A stretch of DNA of 64,000 nt from Antedon mediterranea (taxonomy: Eukaryota > Animalia > Echinodermata): contig NC_092670.1 in NCBI RefSeq assembly GCF_964355755.1, forward strand, positions 9,600,201 to 9,664,200, given 5' to 3'. The notes under the pieces are model-generated. The model did not search any database and was not told the origin of the DNA. It was given only the letters and a program-made list of their open reading frames with translations. The translations under genes were made by a program, and so were the position numbers. Each line of letters opens with the position of its first letter. The stretch's first letter is position 1. Shown piece by piece: positions 62,901-64,000 of this stretch.

Positions 62901-63847
62901 GGGGGACAATATATAGCTAATCTGAAAGTAGCAATGAAATTTGTATCATTTTAACACAGGAATTTATTCATATTTTGAATACCATACATTTTCAATATTG
63001 ATACTGTATAAGGATTTGTTATCTTTAAAGGGTGGCGCATCAGGTACAAGTACAAAGCCAGATTCAGGTGGTCTTGGAATTGGGATGAAAATGGTAAGAC
63101 GACGTCACCAAAACAGTTTTAAAATACTGTATTAACAATGCGACATCAAATTTTGACAAGGCTATTTATAAAAAAGAAATGTGTATAGCATGGTATAAAC
63201 TTTCAGCAGTGAAGTCAATGGCTACTATTTGTCATTGACAGCTAATATGAATATTATTAATATATTATTTTGTTTTAAACTCTATAGGCTGCTTTAATTG
63301 ACCCAGAATTCATGAAAGACTCCTTCACAAAACGAAATTCAAGACCGGGTCAAGATTGTAAGAATGTATAAATTCAATGATTATGGACTAGATCTTAAAG
63401 TACCCAAGAAGTTATAGAACTGGCCATTTGATTAGGCCTAAAAAATGTTAGCGTAATCATACCTACAGTACCCTATGTGAAAGTAAAAGTTCTTCTAGGT
63501 AGCTCAAAGATAAAATATCATTAATATTATTATATAAACCAGAGATATTAACAGTGCCAAGTATTGAAACAGCCCCTATTATTGTTAGGCTTAGGCAACC
63601 ACAGTAACAAAACAATTTAAACTATCGATGAATATAAAATTATACCTACCTTATTAGTTATATTAAATGGTGAGGAGAAGCGTACATTGCTCTAGTTTTT
63701 TAAAAATTGTTTAAAGTGTTGGGTTTTGTTTCAGCATCTCAGATGTTTGCGGCTTTGGGAGGCGATGTACTGGCTGGAGAATCTGATAGAGCTACCTCAG
63801 CAGGCAGCAATGGGTCACAGCCTTCCTTCTCAGTCTGGAGAAATTGA
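35948..63847 (+). CDS. Uncharacterised ankyrin-repeat protein; 247 aa
   Basis: Exons 35948-36070, 36985-37063, 37204-37328, 40373-40431, 62433-62544, 63031-63093, 63288-63357, 63735-63847 (744 nt, open frame). Ankyrin repeats LYIASFWGFHDVVKSLIDSGAEINYQN and WTPLHAATFQEHGKVVMLLLEQGAQPGYADAEGR|TPADF, the latter joined across a 22-kb intron. The last three exons are less certain. Confidence 0.82.
39545..40328. mobile_element. Non-autonomous TIR element, superfamily unassigned
   Basis: 23-bp perfect TIR CAATAGAGAGAAATGGCGAACCG ... CGGTTCGCCATTTCTCTCTATTG. Confidence 0.7.
42348..42433. repeat. AT-rich palindrome
   Basis: gtaatacatatttattt...aaataaatatgtattac. Confidence 0.7.
44200..44370. mobile_element. 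5' fragment of the Kolobok-like family
   Basis: ttaa|agacccattccctac..., matching 45352-45500. Confidence 0.65.
44375..45248 (+). mobile_element. Helentron-type non-autonomous element, 3' half
   Basis: Collinear with 47135-48055. Ends gcggataacta + hairpin actcgtcaaagtgacgagt + ctagt. Confidence 0.7.
45352..45977. mobile_element. Kolobok-like non-autonomous element, complete
   Basis: TTAA|AGACCCCTTCCCTGC ... GTAGGGAATGGGGCT|TTAA: TTAA duplication with purine-purine terminus. Confidence 0.75.
46389..49272 (+). mobile_element. Helentron-type (HINE/DINE-like) element A
   Basis: 5' palindrome taggtgatcattt..aaatgatcaccta. 3' end has aaatgatcaccta + hairpin aattcgtcaaagtgacgaatt + ctagt. Confidence 0.7.
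46447..48055 (+). mobile_element. Helentron-type element B nested in element A
   Basis: 5' agttatccgct..agcggataact. 3' end has gcggataacta + hairpin actcgtcaacgtgacgagt + ctagt. Inserted in a T-rich site. Confidence 0.7.
52530..56524 (+). mobile_element. CR1-clade LINE ORF2 (APE + RT), pseudogenised, nested in the Rex1 3' UTR
   Basis: YYQNIRSIKNK, FSETWL, KDR..RRGGG, VYRAPN, YRPISILPTISKLFER, QHGF, DFSKAFD, GVPQGSILGPLLF and FADDLK. In-frame stops (e.g. 53332, 53994) and frameshifts. Poly-A at ~56508-56524. 5' boundary approximate. Confidence 0.9.
55638..56390 (+). mobile_element. Helentron-type (DINE-like) element C nested in the CR1 3' end
   Basis: 5' palindrome agtcgcgt-gg-acgcgact and GTCT/GTCG microsatellite. 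3' cacgcgact + short hairpin + ttgtt. Removal restores the CR1 reading IDIF|NSNLYLFRRNL. Confidence 0.8.
58779..59915 (-). mobile_element. 5'-truncated CR1/L2-group LINE nested in the Rex1 endonuclease domain
   Basis: LFLIYINDI..RLFADDT, YIGVTLDKKLTWKNQI and FSVRYSGANSWNEIP. Tail AATAAA(GTTGAA)3. It splits the host between LPTFKKYV and PTRDENILD. Confidence 0.85.
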
Positions 63848-64000
63848 TGAAGATCTAATGAACAATCTGTGTGAAAGTCAAATGACATAAAGGCCCCCAG
63901 GCTTTGTCTGATAATAGTGCAATATTAACATGTTTATGGCATTTTCTGTGGGCTGACGAAAGTATAGGGCCATTTTATGGCCCTTAAGGATAGAAATTGG

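Overview
AT-rich animal genomic DNA, probably an invertebrate deuterostome such as an echinoderm (inference only). I reconstructed four spliced genes by hand, each with consistent exon phases and an open frame: calpain-7 (CAPN7, minus, 19 coding exons, 872 aa), a FAM134/RETREG ER-phagy receptor (plus, 8 exons, 478 aa), ribosomal protein RPL37A (minus, 4 exons, 92 aa) and an unnamed ankyrin-repeat protein (plus, 8 exons, 247 aa) with a 22-kb intron and a probable GC-AG intron. They form two head-to-head pairs, and only 108 bp separates the RPL37A and ankyrin start codons. The introns are dense with transposons. The most notable observations: (1) a 4.7-kb Academ-like element with ~1-kb inverted repeats sits inside the 5' splice site of the CAPN7 catalytic-cysteine exon, changing GTAAGT to GTAATA; (2) two other CAPN7 splice sites have been locally duplicated; (3) the 22-kb intron holds two nested transposon stacks (mariner-type MITE > Helentron-type > Helentron-type, and Academ-like relic > Rex1 LINE > CR1 LINE > Helentron-type). 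I found no prokaryotic-type system and no CRISPR array. All family assignments come from motif recognition, not database searches.
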